A DNA stretch of 41,325 nt from a virus (taxonomy: Duplodnaviria > Caudoviricetes), in IMG/VR virus record IMGVR_UViG_3300030376_004208, positions 1-41,325 of that record; one strand, written 5' to 3'. Shown piece after piece: positions 14,937 through 26,700 of the stretch (positions within the stretch are counted from its first letter, which is position 1; each line of letters starts with the position of its first letter). A program made the position numbers and the translations under genes. The notes beneath the pieces were generated by a model. The model was not told the origin of the DNA. It worked only from the letters and a program-made list of their open reading frames with translations, and ran no database searches.

Positions 14937-17900
14937 TTACTTGTCCTCTAATTGTTTCTCAAGCTGAACAATTCGGGTACTCAGCTCTTGTACCGCTTTC
15001 ATTAATGGTGCTATAAACTGATTGTAATCAGCTCCTAAATATTCATCACTATCTTTAATACCAGCAAAATCTTCATTGTTGCTTTCTTTTAAAACTTCTT
15101 GTACTTCTTGAGCAATAATTCCATATTTTGTTTTTCCATCTTGTTTGTCTTTAATGTAATTATATTTAACTGGTCTTAGCTTATTTATAAAGTCTAATCC
15201 TAAATCAGTATCTTTAATGTTTTCTTTTAATCTTTTGTCTGAAGTCTGAATAGTACCATTAGCATATAAAACACCAGCTCCATCACTAGCAACATATAAT
15301 CTTGTTACATTAGCGTTTCCAATAACTGCATAATTATTGCCTAGTCCAGTTGTTGATGAACCTATAACTATTTGATTACCTCCATCAGCGGCAGATGGGT
15401 TTGAATCAACACCAATACATATATTATTATTGCCAGTCGTTATAACATTTCCAGACCATACTCCAACTGCAATATTGTAATTAGAATCCCGATTATTTGC
15501 TGATAATGCTCCATGTCCAATACCAATACTCCCAAGACAGCTTCCAGCAAGAGTTCCTCCTCCTGCGTGTCTTCCAAGCATTACTTCTCTTGAAACATCT
15601 TGGTTACCTGTACCATCGTGAACTTCATATCCCATTGCAACATTTTCTGCATAAGTTCCAGTACCGCCTCTAACTGCATAGTTTCCTACAACAGTATTAA
15701 AATCAGAAGCATTATTATCTACATTATCCATACAAGCAACACCAATAGCAACATTTCCAGTTTCTGTACCATTGGCATCCATCATTGCATCTCCGCCAAT
15801 AGCGATATTTTGTCCACCACCATTATATAGATTAGCTCGTTTACCAATGTAAACTCCACCACTAGCAGAAGTTCCACAAGCTGCAGAACCTAAAGCATAA
15901 TATCCAATAGCAACTGCTCCAGTTACTGTATTATTTATTGCTCCGCCCATCGCAAAGTTTCCTACTGCGACATTCATATTAGAGGCTAAAGCACCTGATG
16001 AGTTATCAGTTGAATCTGTATTAGCAAAGGCTCTATCTCCTATTGCAACATTGTTTCCTCCTGTGATTGTTCTACCAGCGTGGTATCCTATAAAAGTTGA
16101 ATTTGCAGCTGTGGTTAAAGCCATACCAGCTTCATGCCCTATTGAAATTTGATTTGCACCTGAAGTTAAATTATAATTTGCATTAGTTCCGATTGAGAGT
16201 GAATTGCTACCAGTAGCATTTGCTCCTGCATTATGCCCGATGGCAATATTATTTGAACCACTAACTAAATCATTTAATGAAAAACTACCTAGTGCAATAT
16301 TAGAATCACCAGTAGTGAGACTTGCTAAAGTAAAGTATCCTACTGTGACATTATGTTGTGCCCCATCTAAACCACCAGGCATAGTGTTATATCCTACGGC
16401 TGTATTATAATTAACACCATTTGAACCCCAAGTGCCACTACCTGATTGTCTACCAATAAAAGTACATTTTACCATACTAGGATTGTTAGTTCCTAAACCA
16501 TCACAGGCTTCAGAACCAATTACTACATTTTCAGAAATTTGACCAGTACCATTTCTTAACGCCCATGCTCCTAATACTGTATTATTATCAGAATTTACAT
16601 TGGCAAAACCACCAGCAACTGCACCAACAACTGTATTACTTCTCATGTCTCCAACAGCATCATTATAGGCTTCTGCACCAACTGCTGTATTAAACAAACC
16701 TACATCAGATGATAAACCAGCATTAAACCCTAAATATGTATTTTGATATCCAGTTGTTAAATTCTTTCCTGCTCGATATCCCAATGCTGTACTACTATGA
16801 CCACTCGTTAAATCTTCCAATGCCTGATAACCAATAGCTACTGTACCATTAGCACCAGTATCATTTATTTCATATCCTGCTCTATATCCTATAAGAACTG
16901 TATTTGAAGTGGTGGTCATGTCGTTACCACATTCATAACCTATTGCAATATTGCTTGAACCTTCTGTTATGTTCAGACCCCCTGCTGAACCAATTCCAAT
17001 ATTATTATCACCAGTAGTTATACTCCTTAATGCTGCATATCCCAGTGCTGTATTATAATGAGCTCCATTCATTGCCCCATTTAAAGTAGCTCCACCAATC
17101 GCAGTATTGTAATTAGATGCTCCTGCCCAAACAGCACCCATAGAGAATTTTCCCATAGCTGTATTATAAGTAGCGTTATTATCTCCAATTCGCCTAAAAG
17201 CATACCCTCCAACTACTGTATTGTTTGTTACTAATCCAGTTCCACCCATTCCAGCATAAATACCGACATAAGTATTTTCAATACTACCATCGTTATCCAT
17301 ATCCATAGCTGAAAACGCTCCAAGTGCTGTATTTGAATTTTCTGCACCATCTGCATTTGCTAGAGCTAGATATCCCATAGAAACATTATACCCACCAGTT
17401 GTCACATCTTTTAGTGCGTGGTAGCCTGTCGCTGTATTTCCAATAGAAGTTGTTGATGCCGATAAACTTGAAGTACCTACTGCAACATTTTTATTGCCAG
17501 TAGTTGTACCTTTCATTGATTCATAACCAATCGCAGTATTATTACTATGTGAATTTCCTGACACTCCTTTTAGTGCTTCAAAACCAATAGCTACATTGTC
17601 TGCTCCAGTTTCATTATACCTTGAGGCACTTAAACCAATTCCAATATTAGAATCGCCAGTAGTTAATTCGTTTAGTGCCATTGAGCCAACTGCAACATTA
17701 TAATTAGCACTTGTTGCGTTTGATAATGTGCTAGACCCTAATGAAGAATTTGAGCTACCAGTCATGACTAATTGTGAACTTGCACCTATAGCAGTATTAT
17801 AATTGTGAGAATTACCTGATGACCCCATTAATGCCTGATAACCAAAAGATGTATTTTGTATACCAGTTTCATTATATCTTTGTGAACTTGTACCAATAGC

Positions 17901-20699
17901 ATTGTTACTTGCACCGCCATTTAATTGATTTAAGGCTCTCCAACCTATTGCAACTGTATGGCTTGAGTTAGTGTTAGTGTACATACTCCCAACGCCAAGA
18001 GATACATTGTTCCCCCCTATAGTATTTGAATATAAACTTTGATGCCCTAATGATACATTACTCCCACCAGTAGTTATACTTTTCATTGATTGAACGCCAA
18101 CCGCAGTATTGTCATTATGAGAGTTACCTGATACACCTCTTAATGCCTCAAAACCAACAGATACATTATTTCCGCCAGTTTGATTATACCTTAAAGCTTG
18201 TTGTCCTACTGCGGTGTTTTGACTTGCAGTTGTTTGGCTGTTTAATGCACGACCACCTAACCCAGTATTATTACCGCCAGTTGTGAGCAATTCTAATGAC
18301 CTATATCCTATAGCAGTATTTGCTGCTCCAGTTGAAACTGTAAGCAGACTATTATAACCTACAGCTGTATTATAACTATTAGAATTACCTGATGAGCCTT
18401 GCATTGCATTATACCCTACTGATGTATTTTGCTGACCATTTACATTATAATAACTAGCATTAGAGCCAATAGCAGTATTATATACCGCTCCGTTAGCATT
18501 TTGAGAGTACATAGCTTGTTCACCTATAGCAACTAAATATCCACCTCCAGTCTCACTATATAATGCTTCTTTACCTATTGCAGTATTAGTACTACCAGTA
18601 GTAATTGAATACATTGACCTCCAGCCAACTGCTGTATTATTGCTATGCGTGTTTCCACTAACACCATGCATTGATTGATATCCAATAGCAGTAGCATTGC
18701 TACCAGTTTGACTATAATAAAAAGCATTAGCACCTACAACTGTATTATACTGTCCGCTTGTAGTTGCACTTGATGAACCTTTTCCAACAGAAGTATTAGC
18801 TCCTCCAGTAGCACTACCTAAAACACTATAACCAACAGCAGTATTTGAATAACCACTTACATTTGATAATAAAGAACTTTTACCTATCGCTACATTTTGT
18901 CCTCCGTCAGCTGTGGTTACCCCTGCTTTCCAGCCTAGATAAGTATTTTCACTTCCTGTCGTGAGACTAAAACCTGATTGATATCCAACCGCTGTATTAT
19001 CATCGCCCTGCGTTAATGAATATAATGATTTATATCCAACACCTACATTATCAGTAGCATTGTCTAAAGTTCCACCATTAACAACTTCTTCTCCTATAAA
19101 TACATTGTAATCTGTACCTGAATCTAATATTTGGTCATAATTATTTTCTCCCACATTTTTCCCAAATACTGTATTGCCTGTTCCATTATCATTATTACTA
19201 AGACTAATTTTAGCATGGTCATCTAATTTAAATCTTACTCTATTTTTAGTCCTTAGCTCTATACTAAATCCAGCTCCATCAACTAGCGTTCCAATCTTCA
19301 TTATTCCATCATTGCCGTTTGCTGTTATGCTATGATGATTGTATACAGTACCAGTATTACCAAAGTGTATAATTTTAGTATCAGCAAGGGCATCTCCGCT
19401 AAGTTTCATAGTAGCACCAACTGAATTAAAAATTTGCAAATCATAGGCAGGAGCAGTAGTTCCTATGCCGACAAGACCAGCAGAAGTAATTGTAATTGCT
19501 GTCGTATCAGTACCACCAGTTCTATAGTTTAATTTTAAGCCACTAGTGTTATTATCGGTGTAGACTGATTCTATTGCCTTATAAGCATATGTGCTTCCAC
19601 TAGTAAGAAACCCAAACACACCAGCGTTACCAGCATATATATTAAAATCTGACATATTACTAGCTATACGATTATTACCATTCACATCGTGCCTTAATTC
19701 TATGTATTTTGAAGCATCAGCATTTTGATGCATCAACCCATCTCTTGATTGCACATAATGCCACATTGTAGCTGTCCAATACGCATTGTAACCTTCTCCG
19801 TATATGTGAGAATTAGATGTACCAACAAATCTTAATTTGTTACTTGTGCTGTTAGTATTTACTGGAAGTATGACTAGATTATTAGTTGTATCTACAGCCA
19901 TTACATCTCCACCAGCTGATGCTTTTCTTACTAGAAATGCTTCAGTATTTGTTTTGTCTATTACTTGAGCACCGCTAACACTGACAGTCCCAGTGAATGT
20001 TGGACTGGCTAAAGGAGCTTTTGCTGCTAAACTTGTTGTGACTGTAGATCCAAAATTCGCATCATCATTTAATGCTGCTGCCAATTCATTTAAGGTATTT
20101 AATGCACTAGGTGCAGAGTCAATTAAATTATTAACCTGGGTAGTCACATGAGCCTGAGTAGCTATGGTCCCAGTTTCATCTGGTAAAGTTAATGTACGAT
20201 CAGCGGAAGGATTACCTGGTGATAGTGTAAGCTCGTGATCATTAGCACTAGATCCTTCAAAAATAAGGTTTGTAGTAATAGTCGCATTTAGAGCTAAGGT
20301 ATCTGCTGGAGCATCACCGATCTGAACATTCCCACTACCAATAAAGTTAGCAGCGGTTATGGTCCCAGTAGCTGTGATGTTTCTAAAGCCTGATATATCT
20401 TTATTTGTATCAACCAGGACAAACTTAGCAGTTGTTACTGTACCAGGAGTTAATCCATTTAATTTATTTATTTCAGCAGCGGATGAAGTAACCAAGGTCC
20501 CATTAAGCATTAAGCCAGTGGCCCCATCGTGGTTATTTATATTTACATTTGCAGTACTTAGTTGGAGATTTGTTGCAGCACCATCTCCATCAAACATAGT
20601 TTTAAGTGTGGATACTAGACCCTCATTATCATCTCCATCATAGATGTGTAAGAGATCTTTAAAAGTTGTTCCAGGAGCTTTACCAGATAAACTTGCCAT
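14937..20699 (-). CDS. Tail fibre/spike with YadA-head-like repeats and C-terminal intramolecular chaperone (peptidase S74-like)
   Basis: Dozens of roughly 14-aa N(T/V)A(V/I)G repeats; C-terminal SDKRLKENIKD...YGIIAQEV...IAPLMKAVQEL; N-terminal APSALNTLNELAAALNDD anchor motif. Confidence 0.9.
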   Translation of the reverse strand: MASLSGKAPGTTFKDLLHIYDGDDNEGLVSTLKTMFDGDGAATNLQLSTANVNINNHDGATGLMLNGTLVTSSAAEINKLNGLTPGTVTTAKFVLVDTNKDISGFRNITATGTITAANFIGSGNVQIGDAPADTLALNATITTNLIFEGSSANDHELTLSPGNPSADRTLTLPDETGTIATQAHVTTQVNNLIDSAPSALNTLNELAAALNDDANFGSTVTTSLAAKAPLASPTFTGTVSVSGAQVIDKTNTEAFLVRKASAGGDVMAVDTTNNLVILPVNTNSTSNKLRFVGTSNSHIYGEGYNAYWTATMWHYVQSRDGLMHQNADASKYIELRHDVNGNNRIASNMSDFNIYAGNAGVFGFLTSGSTYAYKAIESVYTDNNTSGLKLNYRTGGTDTTAITITSAGLVGIGTTAPAYDLQIFNSVGATMKLSGDALADTKIIHFGNTGTVYNHHSITANGNDGIMKIGTLVDGAGFSIELRTKNRVRFKLDDHAKISLSNNDNGTGNTVFGKNVGENNYDQILDSGTDYNVFIGEEVVNGGTLDNATDNVGVGYKSLYSLTQGDDNTAVGYQSGFSLTTGSENTYLGWKAGVTTADGGQNVAIGKSSLLSNVSGYSNTAVGYSVLGSATGGANTSVGKGSSSATTSGQYNTVVGANAFYYSQTGSNATAIGYQSMHGVSGNTHSNNTAVGWRSMYSITTGSTNTAIGKEALYSETGGGYLVAIGEQAMYSQNANGAVYNTAIGSNASYYNVNGQQNTSVGYNAMQGSSGNSNSYNTAVGYNSLLTVSTGAANTAIGYRSLELLTTGGNNTGLGGRALNSQTTASQNTAVGQQALRYNQTGGNNVSVGFEALRGVSGNSHNDNTAVGVQSMKSITTGGSNVSLGHQSLYSNTIGGNNVSLGVGSMYTNTNSSHTVAIGWRALNQLNGGASNNAIGTSSQRYNETGIQNTSFGYQALMGSSGNSHNYNTAIGASSQLVMTGSSNSSLGSSTLSNATSANYNVAVGSMALNELTTGDSNIGIGLSASRYNETGADNVAIGFEALKGVSGNSHSNNTAIGYESMKGTTTGNKNVAVGTSSLSASTTSIGNTATGYHALKDVTTGGYNVSMGYLALANADGAENSNTALGAFSAMDMDNDGSIENTYVGIYAGMGGTGLVTNNTVVGGYAFRRIGDNNATYNTAMGKFSMGAVWAGASNYNTAIGGATLNGAMNGAHYNTALGYAALRSITTGDNNIGIGSAGGLNITEGSSNIAIGYECGNDMTTTSNTVLIGYRAGYEINDTGANGTVAIGYQALEDLTSGHSSTALGYRAGKNLTTGYQNTYLGFNAGLSSDVGLFNTAVGAEAYNDAVGDMRSNTVVGAVAGGFANVNSDNNTVLGAWALRNGTGQISENVVIGSEACDGLGTNNPSMVKCTFIGRQSGSGTWGSNGVNYNTAVGYNTMPGGLDGAQHNVTVGYFTLASLTTGDSNIALGSFSLNDLVSGSNNIAIGHNAGANATGSNSLSIGTNANYNLTSGANQISIGHEAGMALTTAANSTFIGYHAGRTITGGNNVAIGDRAFANTDSTDNSSGALASNMNVAVGNFAMGGAINNTVTGAVAIGYYALGSAACGTSASGGVYIGKRANLYNGGGQNIAIGGDAMMDANGTETGNVAIGVACMDNVDNNASDFNTVVGNYAVRGGTGTYAENVAMGYEVHDGTGNQDVSREVMLGRHAGGGTLAGSCLGSIGIGHGALSANNRDSNYNIAVGVWSGNVITTGNNNICIGVDSNPSAADGGNQIVIGSSTTGLGNNYAVIGNANVTRLYVASDGAGVLYANGTIQTSDKRLKENIKDTDLGLDFINKLRPVKYNYIKDKQDGKTKYGIIAQEVQEVLKESNNEDFAGIKDSDEYLGADYNQFIAPLMKAVQELSTRIVQLEKQLEDK

Positions 20700-20760
20700 T
20701 TAATTCCTCATTTAGGTTCAAAAATTTTGGCTGTCCTAATTATTATATCAATTTAAAAGC

Positions 20761-20776
20761 ATGACTTTCTGTTTAT
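20761..20776 (-). promoter_or_regulatory. Candidate late-promoter motif upstream of the tail fibre
   Basis: ATGACTTTCTGTTTAT, 13/16 identical to 41062-41077; TATAAT follows on the minus strand. Confidence 0.4.
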
Positions 20777-23700
20777 TTATAGTACTACTTTTCTTTTCTT
20801 TTTCTTTGTTGGTTCTGCTTCGCCCCTAGCTAACCTTTGATGTTTTAAAAAGTCGTTTATAATTTTTGGGACCATCTTACCATTATGATCCTTTACTAGT
20901 TTTATATCTTTTTCAGCTAATGCACCAAACTTGATCGCATCATGTACATATTTTTTAAACTTAGATACTTCAACATGGTTATAGATTGTGTGTTTCGCTT
21001 CGTATTTCATTTTAAAAATCAATCTTTTTTCTGTCGCTCCAGTTAGGTCTGGCTTAGAATAAAACTGTCTTATAAATGGAATTTTAGATACTTCTGTAGA
21101 TTTATTTTGAGAAAAGTTCATACCCAGATCAAAAGACCTTTGAAAGAATTTTCCAGTACCACCAGTTAAAAATCCGAATATGTGATCTAATGCATCTGGG
21201 TTTACATCAATTACACCTGGGATTGTATGATCCTGGACTGTGCCATCTCTTTTTTTGATCAGACCTTTATATCTGCGGCCACCACTTATTAATGATAAAC
21301 TTTCAGTGGTCCACCTGGATACCCAGCTAGGTGGGTTTTTCTCATAATAATTTGAAAAATTAGGTTTGCTGCGATCATAATATTTAGGTTTCATAAAAGG
21401 TGTACCAGCAAAGTTTTTGTTTTCTGCTAATTGTACAATAGGATCAAGAACTGTTGGAGAGATTGCTTGTAATAAGCTGCCATCGCCAAATGGGGATACA
21501 GCATCTGATGCTGCTTTTAAGACCCTGCTGCTTAAACCGATATAGTCTACATACTTAGCACCATTCTTTTTAGTTTGATGAATACCATCTGCTATAGCTT
21601 GACCAGCTACATGAAATATATTATATCCATATGGGACCTTAACTTTATACGCTGTACCATCTCGATTCATCCACATTAAATAATTGTCTTTTTCCCAGTG
21701 ATTCTTTTTTTCCCACTCCTCATCATTCATGTGGTAATTCCTTAATGACCAGATCATGCTATTAGCAACCATACCACCAACGATCATTCTTGTCTTTTTA
21801 CTATTAATAATAGACTTAGCTATTCTGGCATTACCCTGGACTGTAGCATTAAAGAATAAATAAAATGTGTTAAAGAGTGTGGACCACTCACCTTTCTTAT
21901 TAAAGTTAACAGTAATGTTTTTCGCTGCTTGAGCAGCTTTCTTCTTACTGAGTCCTTTTTTAATCAGAGCTTCATAAGTAGCTAACCTGATCCCTGATTC
22001 AACTGCTTCGTTTGCTTGTTCAATTAACTCTAAAAAATCTTTACCAGCTTGGACCACACCACCTTTTCCATCTTCAACATTTTTTAAAGCTTTTTCAACC
22101 TTTTCCTGGTGTTCATCTAAAGAAGCCATATCAAACCAACCTACTTTACCACCTTCCTTTTTTAGCTCATCATACATCTTGGACCAATATGCAGTTCTAT
22201 CACCTCGTACATTTTTCCAAACACCACCCATAGCTTTAGTGACATTTGCTGCCGCAGTCTTAGCTACACCATCGTATTCACCACCAAGATGGACTAAAGC
22301 TGTTTGTATATCTCTAAAAAAGTTGGTGACAATAAATTCTGGGTTAAAAGTTGTTACAATAGATCTGATATAAGCATTGGCCTGATTTAAATATTTATAA
22401 GTTTTTTCTGCACCTAAGTTTTTCAATCCAGAAGCAAGTGCTTCATCTTCAATTGTGATCAGGTACAGATCACCATCCCTTCTAACTGCTAGGATATTAT
22501 CATCCATTTTAAATTGTGGCTGCATGAATTCCACTTCCCCATCTTTATTGAACTGAGGTCTATATCTCATTTTTTCAATTTTCCAGGACTCACTTTGCAT
22601 CTCTTCAGCTAAGTTTAAAAACTTTGCAGCAACTTTATTTTTTTCTGATCTTCTCATTACACCCATCATTTCATAGATGGCACTAAAGACTGGGTTACCC
22701 CTTACCTTAGCTGATCCTTTAACACGCTTGAGCTCTGATCCCTGGGGAGTACTAAACCCCTTACCAACAATGGTCCTATTCTCTACATCTTTAATAACAA
22801 AAAGCGGCACATAATCTTTATAATAATCATTAAGGTAGTCATAGGTCTTACGATCTATTAATCCGCTGTTTAACCGCATCCTAAGTCCCCTTTTTGTGAC
22901 CTTACGATAGAACTCCTTTGCGAAAGCTTCTATCTTTTTATCGCCTTTATATTGTTTAAGGATCTCTTTAGCCTGATCATTGGTCATCCCTGATCCACCA
23001 TCTGGTAAATCTTCATTGATCTTAGCTACATGTTCGTTACGCTCTAAAGCATGTCTAGCGTGTAAGTATGATCCAAAATCCTCCATACTGTAACCAGCTT
23101 TAATAATTCGTGGCAGCAGCGAATCTTCACGACCAAATATATCTTCTTCAAATCGGTCCATAAGTTCTCTGGTTTTACCGATGTATAATTCTTGAGCTAG
23201 GTAGGCATCTTCCTCATCAGATATCTCTCTGACTTCTTTGAACTTATCCATAACATAGCCGAGTCGATTCATCTTATCGACTATCTTACGATTAAATAAT
23301 TGTGTATAGTTCTCTGGATCTAGCTCAATACCAAAGTTCGAGTCTGGTCCAGCTAGTTGTTTAGGGGTTTTTTGTTTGGGGATTAGCCGCTTAGGGCGAA
23401 CTGCAAATACTACTTTTTGGCTTTTGCCTGGGTTTCCCCAGCCATACTTTTTGGAGTACCTTTCGTTGATTTTTTGGATGTCACCAGAAACCTGGTTGAA
23501 AACCCTGGTTGCAGCATTACGCTGTCCGCTTTCACTAATCCTTCTTCTATAATCTTTGCCATTGCTATAATCCTCCGTTAATTTACCTATAGATTGAGCT
23601 CTTTGCAAATGAATAGTTTTATCAGAGCCTTCCAATGCTGACTCAGCAGCATCTTTTACTTTTTTATAAAATGTATTATTATCAATACCACTGAATGGGT

Positions 23701-26700
23701 TACCATTTTCATCTGCAAAATTGACTACAATACCACCATAATTAGTTGGCATAATACCAAAATCATCACCTAGTTGATCGTTTACAGATCTAAATTCTTC
23801 TGTTGTTAGTCCCTCTTTAACTACTAAACCAACTGCATTTGCTTGTTTTAGTGATTGTGGTTTTAATTCTTTTGTACTTCCAATAGCATCCTGATGAAAT
23901 AATAAACCTACTATACTGTTGTGGACATCTATTGTTTTAAAAAAGTTTGGATCAATTTTATCTTTTATATCTTTAGCTGAAGCTATAGATGGTACTAAAA
24001 CTTCCACTTGTTTTGATGGACTAACAGCACCTTCCCAAAATCCAGGACCATCAAGACTTCTTACTTCTGGTATTTTTAGCTCTTTAGCTATAATGTTTTT
24101 ACCTTTATCATCTGTGATTACTTCGCTCATATCTTTATGATATTCCATTTTTTGCTCATAAGAAGCTTCATGTATTCCAGGTAAAATATCTGATCTTGTG
24201 CTAGGTATAAATTCAAATGAAATTCTACCTTCATAGATCTTCATTGCATCAGCATAGTCTACTTTAGCTATGTCTAATCTTTCTTGAGATGCTGGGGTAG
24301 ACTTCATTAATCGCAAAGCTTTTTTAAGTGGCATTTTATTACCATTGATAGTTTCCCATCTAGCTTTAGCACCTACCCATATTGCTGCCTGAGTTTGTTT
24401 TGGGGTCCATCCTCTTTTTGTAGCAATCCTTCTTACATCTTCAGCAACAGTTTTATACTGTGCTCCAGTTGGAACTTCATTTGGAAAACCATAGGCTCTC
24501 ATCATCCACACATCTACTGTTACTCTATTATCATCAGCATTAGTCAATGATCGCTTTAGATTCTCTGCAAATGAAATGAGCTTGGCATCATTAATGGATT
24601 CTTTAAGATTTTTACCTTCTGCTAGTGCTTTTACCCAACCTTCGACTCTAGCTGGGAATCTACCAGCACCTTTAATATCTCCCTGAGCAATTTGATACAT
24701 AAGCTTTACAGCTTGACCAGTGTTTGATTTGACTGGCATACCAGCACTGGTAACAGCGATCAAGTCCAGTATTAATTCAGCTTGTTTCATATCTCCACCA
24801 GCCAGGTCTAAGGCTGCCTGAGCACTATTATCGTACCAATTTTTACCTACTTCTCCTTGATCAGCTAACTCTTCTACTCGTTTTCTAAGTGTACTTAATT
24901 TAGATCTAGTGTTTATGCCTTTTGGAAATCCTACAAATTGTTTAGTGGTCCCAACTCTTTTTAATTGGAACTGGATCTTTTTCATCTTACCACTAAGTTT
25001 TACTGGCTTCTTACCAGGAATTAGATCACCTTTTTCTATTTGTTCTTTACGATCTAACTCTTTGACAAAGCTTTTATCCTCTATATAAGCATTAGCTTCT
25101 TCTAGTGCTTCTTCCTTAGATGTAAAGTCACCTAGAGTAAAATTTTTCTCTAAATCAAAAACTGACCACTCATTTATATCTCTTCTATGAGTTATTTCAA
25201 TATCATATTCTTTATTTTCATAAATTATTTCATCAGATATCTTTGCCAACTCACTATCTTTTTCAAAATCTTTTAATGTGAGTTCAGATATTTCTATAGT
25301 TTTATCTTTTAATTGTTCAGGTATGTATTCAATGTCAAAATAATCATTGAATTTGTGCAGATTAAATCCTTTCCTATTGTACCACTTTGCTAACTCATCA
25401 GTGTTAGGTCCTTCAATACCAATTTGTTTAGCATACCCTTCTATAATTGTTCCAGTTTCATCTGCTGCTTCTTTGAGCATTTCTAATAATTTATTTCCAT
25501 TACCTTGGCCCTTATCAAATGCCATGATCGCTGATAATTTGACTGTCTTTTTGCCTTCATTTCTTTTTCTAAATGGATATGTTCCCTGGTCTTGCAATTC
25601 AAGTTGGCCAATATTACCTACCATAACCATACCTCGATCAAGTGGGTTATTTGTAAGGAATGTATTTTTCTTTTGAAGATGTTGAAATATTTCTAACCTT
25701 GGAGAATTTTTTGCTTCTTTATCTGTTATAGGACTCCATTGTTCAAATGGTTTACCACCTGGCTGCTGCTTTGGTTTCTTCTTAACCTGGAACATGATCT
25801 TAGGACTAGCCTTATCAGGCTTAGGATTGAACTGGCCTTTGATTTGGTTAGGATTGAAAGCTATGTAAACCTTATCAGATCCAGCATAATCAGGCATAAT
25901 ATCTTCTGAAGCTACAATACCATCAAATCCCCTTGCTTTTAAAGCATTCATTAGAGCTATGTTATTATCAATAAAATTATATATTGGGAATTGATTTATT
26001 GTAGCGTATGCTTTAGGAGTAAACCCCGAACTATCCATTTTATAATTAGAATGTTTTTCGTTTGCAACCTCTTTAACAAAATCATTTGTTATCTGCTGAT
26101 CTTCTTCCTTTGTTAACTTTTCTTTTTTATGATCTGTTAAAAATTCATTTAAAGTGACTAACCAGTCATCGAGATGCATATTAATACCTAAATCTAAAGT
26201 TTTAAATGCATCTAGAGGATCTCGTCTTATATCAAGAGGATTTTTTATATTTAAATACACTGGATAAACCTGAGCATCTTTTTTAGTACCTGGATCATCA
26301 CTGTAACCCCTATGATCTCTGGCATAATAATTCGCTACATTAGGAGATGGTGTGAAATAAGACATTTGATTAAAGCTATCAATATTTTTTGCGGTCCCAT
26401 GATACATTACCATAGGCTTACCATTTTCTTTTACTTCAGATCCTTTAAACCAATCCTGAAACTCTTTGGATCTAGGTTTTTCTTTTAGCCTTAGTGCAGC
26501 AGTTTTTTTCTTAACCTGGTGCATGATCTTAGGACTAGCTTTATCAGGTTTAGGATTGAACTGGCCTTTGATTTGAGAGGGCTCAAAAGCGATGTAAGAA
26601 TCTTCGCCAAATTTTTCTAAAGTTTTTGCGGTCCGCCCTATTGAGGTTCCAAAATTACCTGCAACTCCTTCAAATTGATTGGAGTAGACTATACCATCAT

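Noticed and set aside
25779-26575. Diversity-generating retroelement TR/VR pair
   Set aside because: No reverse transcriptase in the genome, both copies are in-frame coding linkers, and there are only four differences, two of them synonymous.
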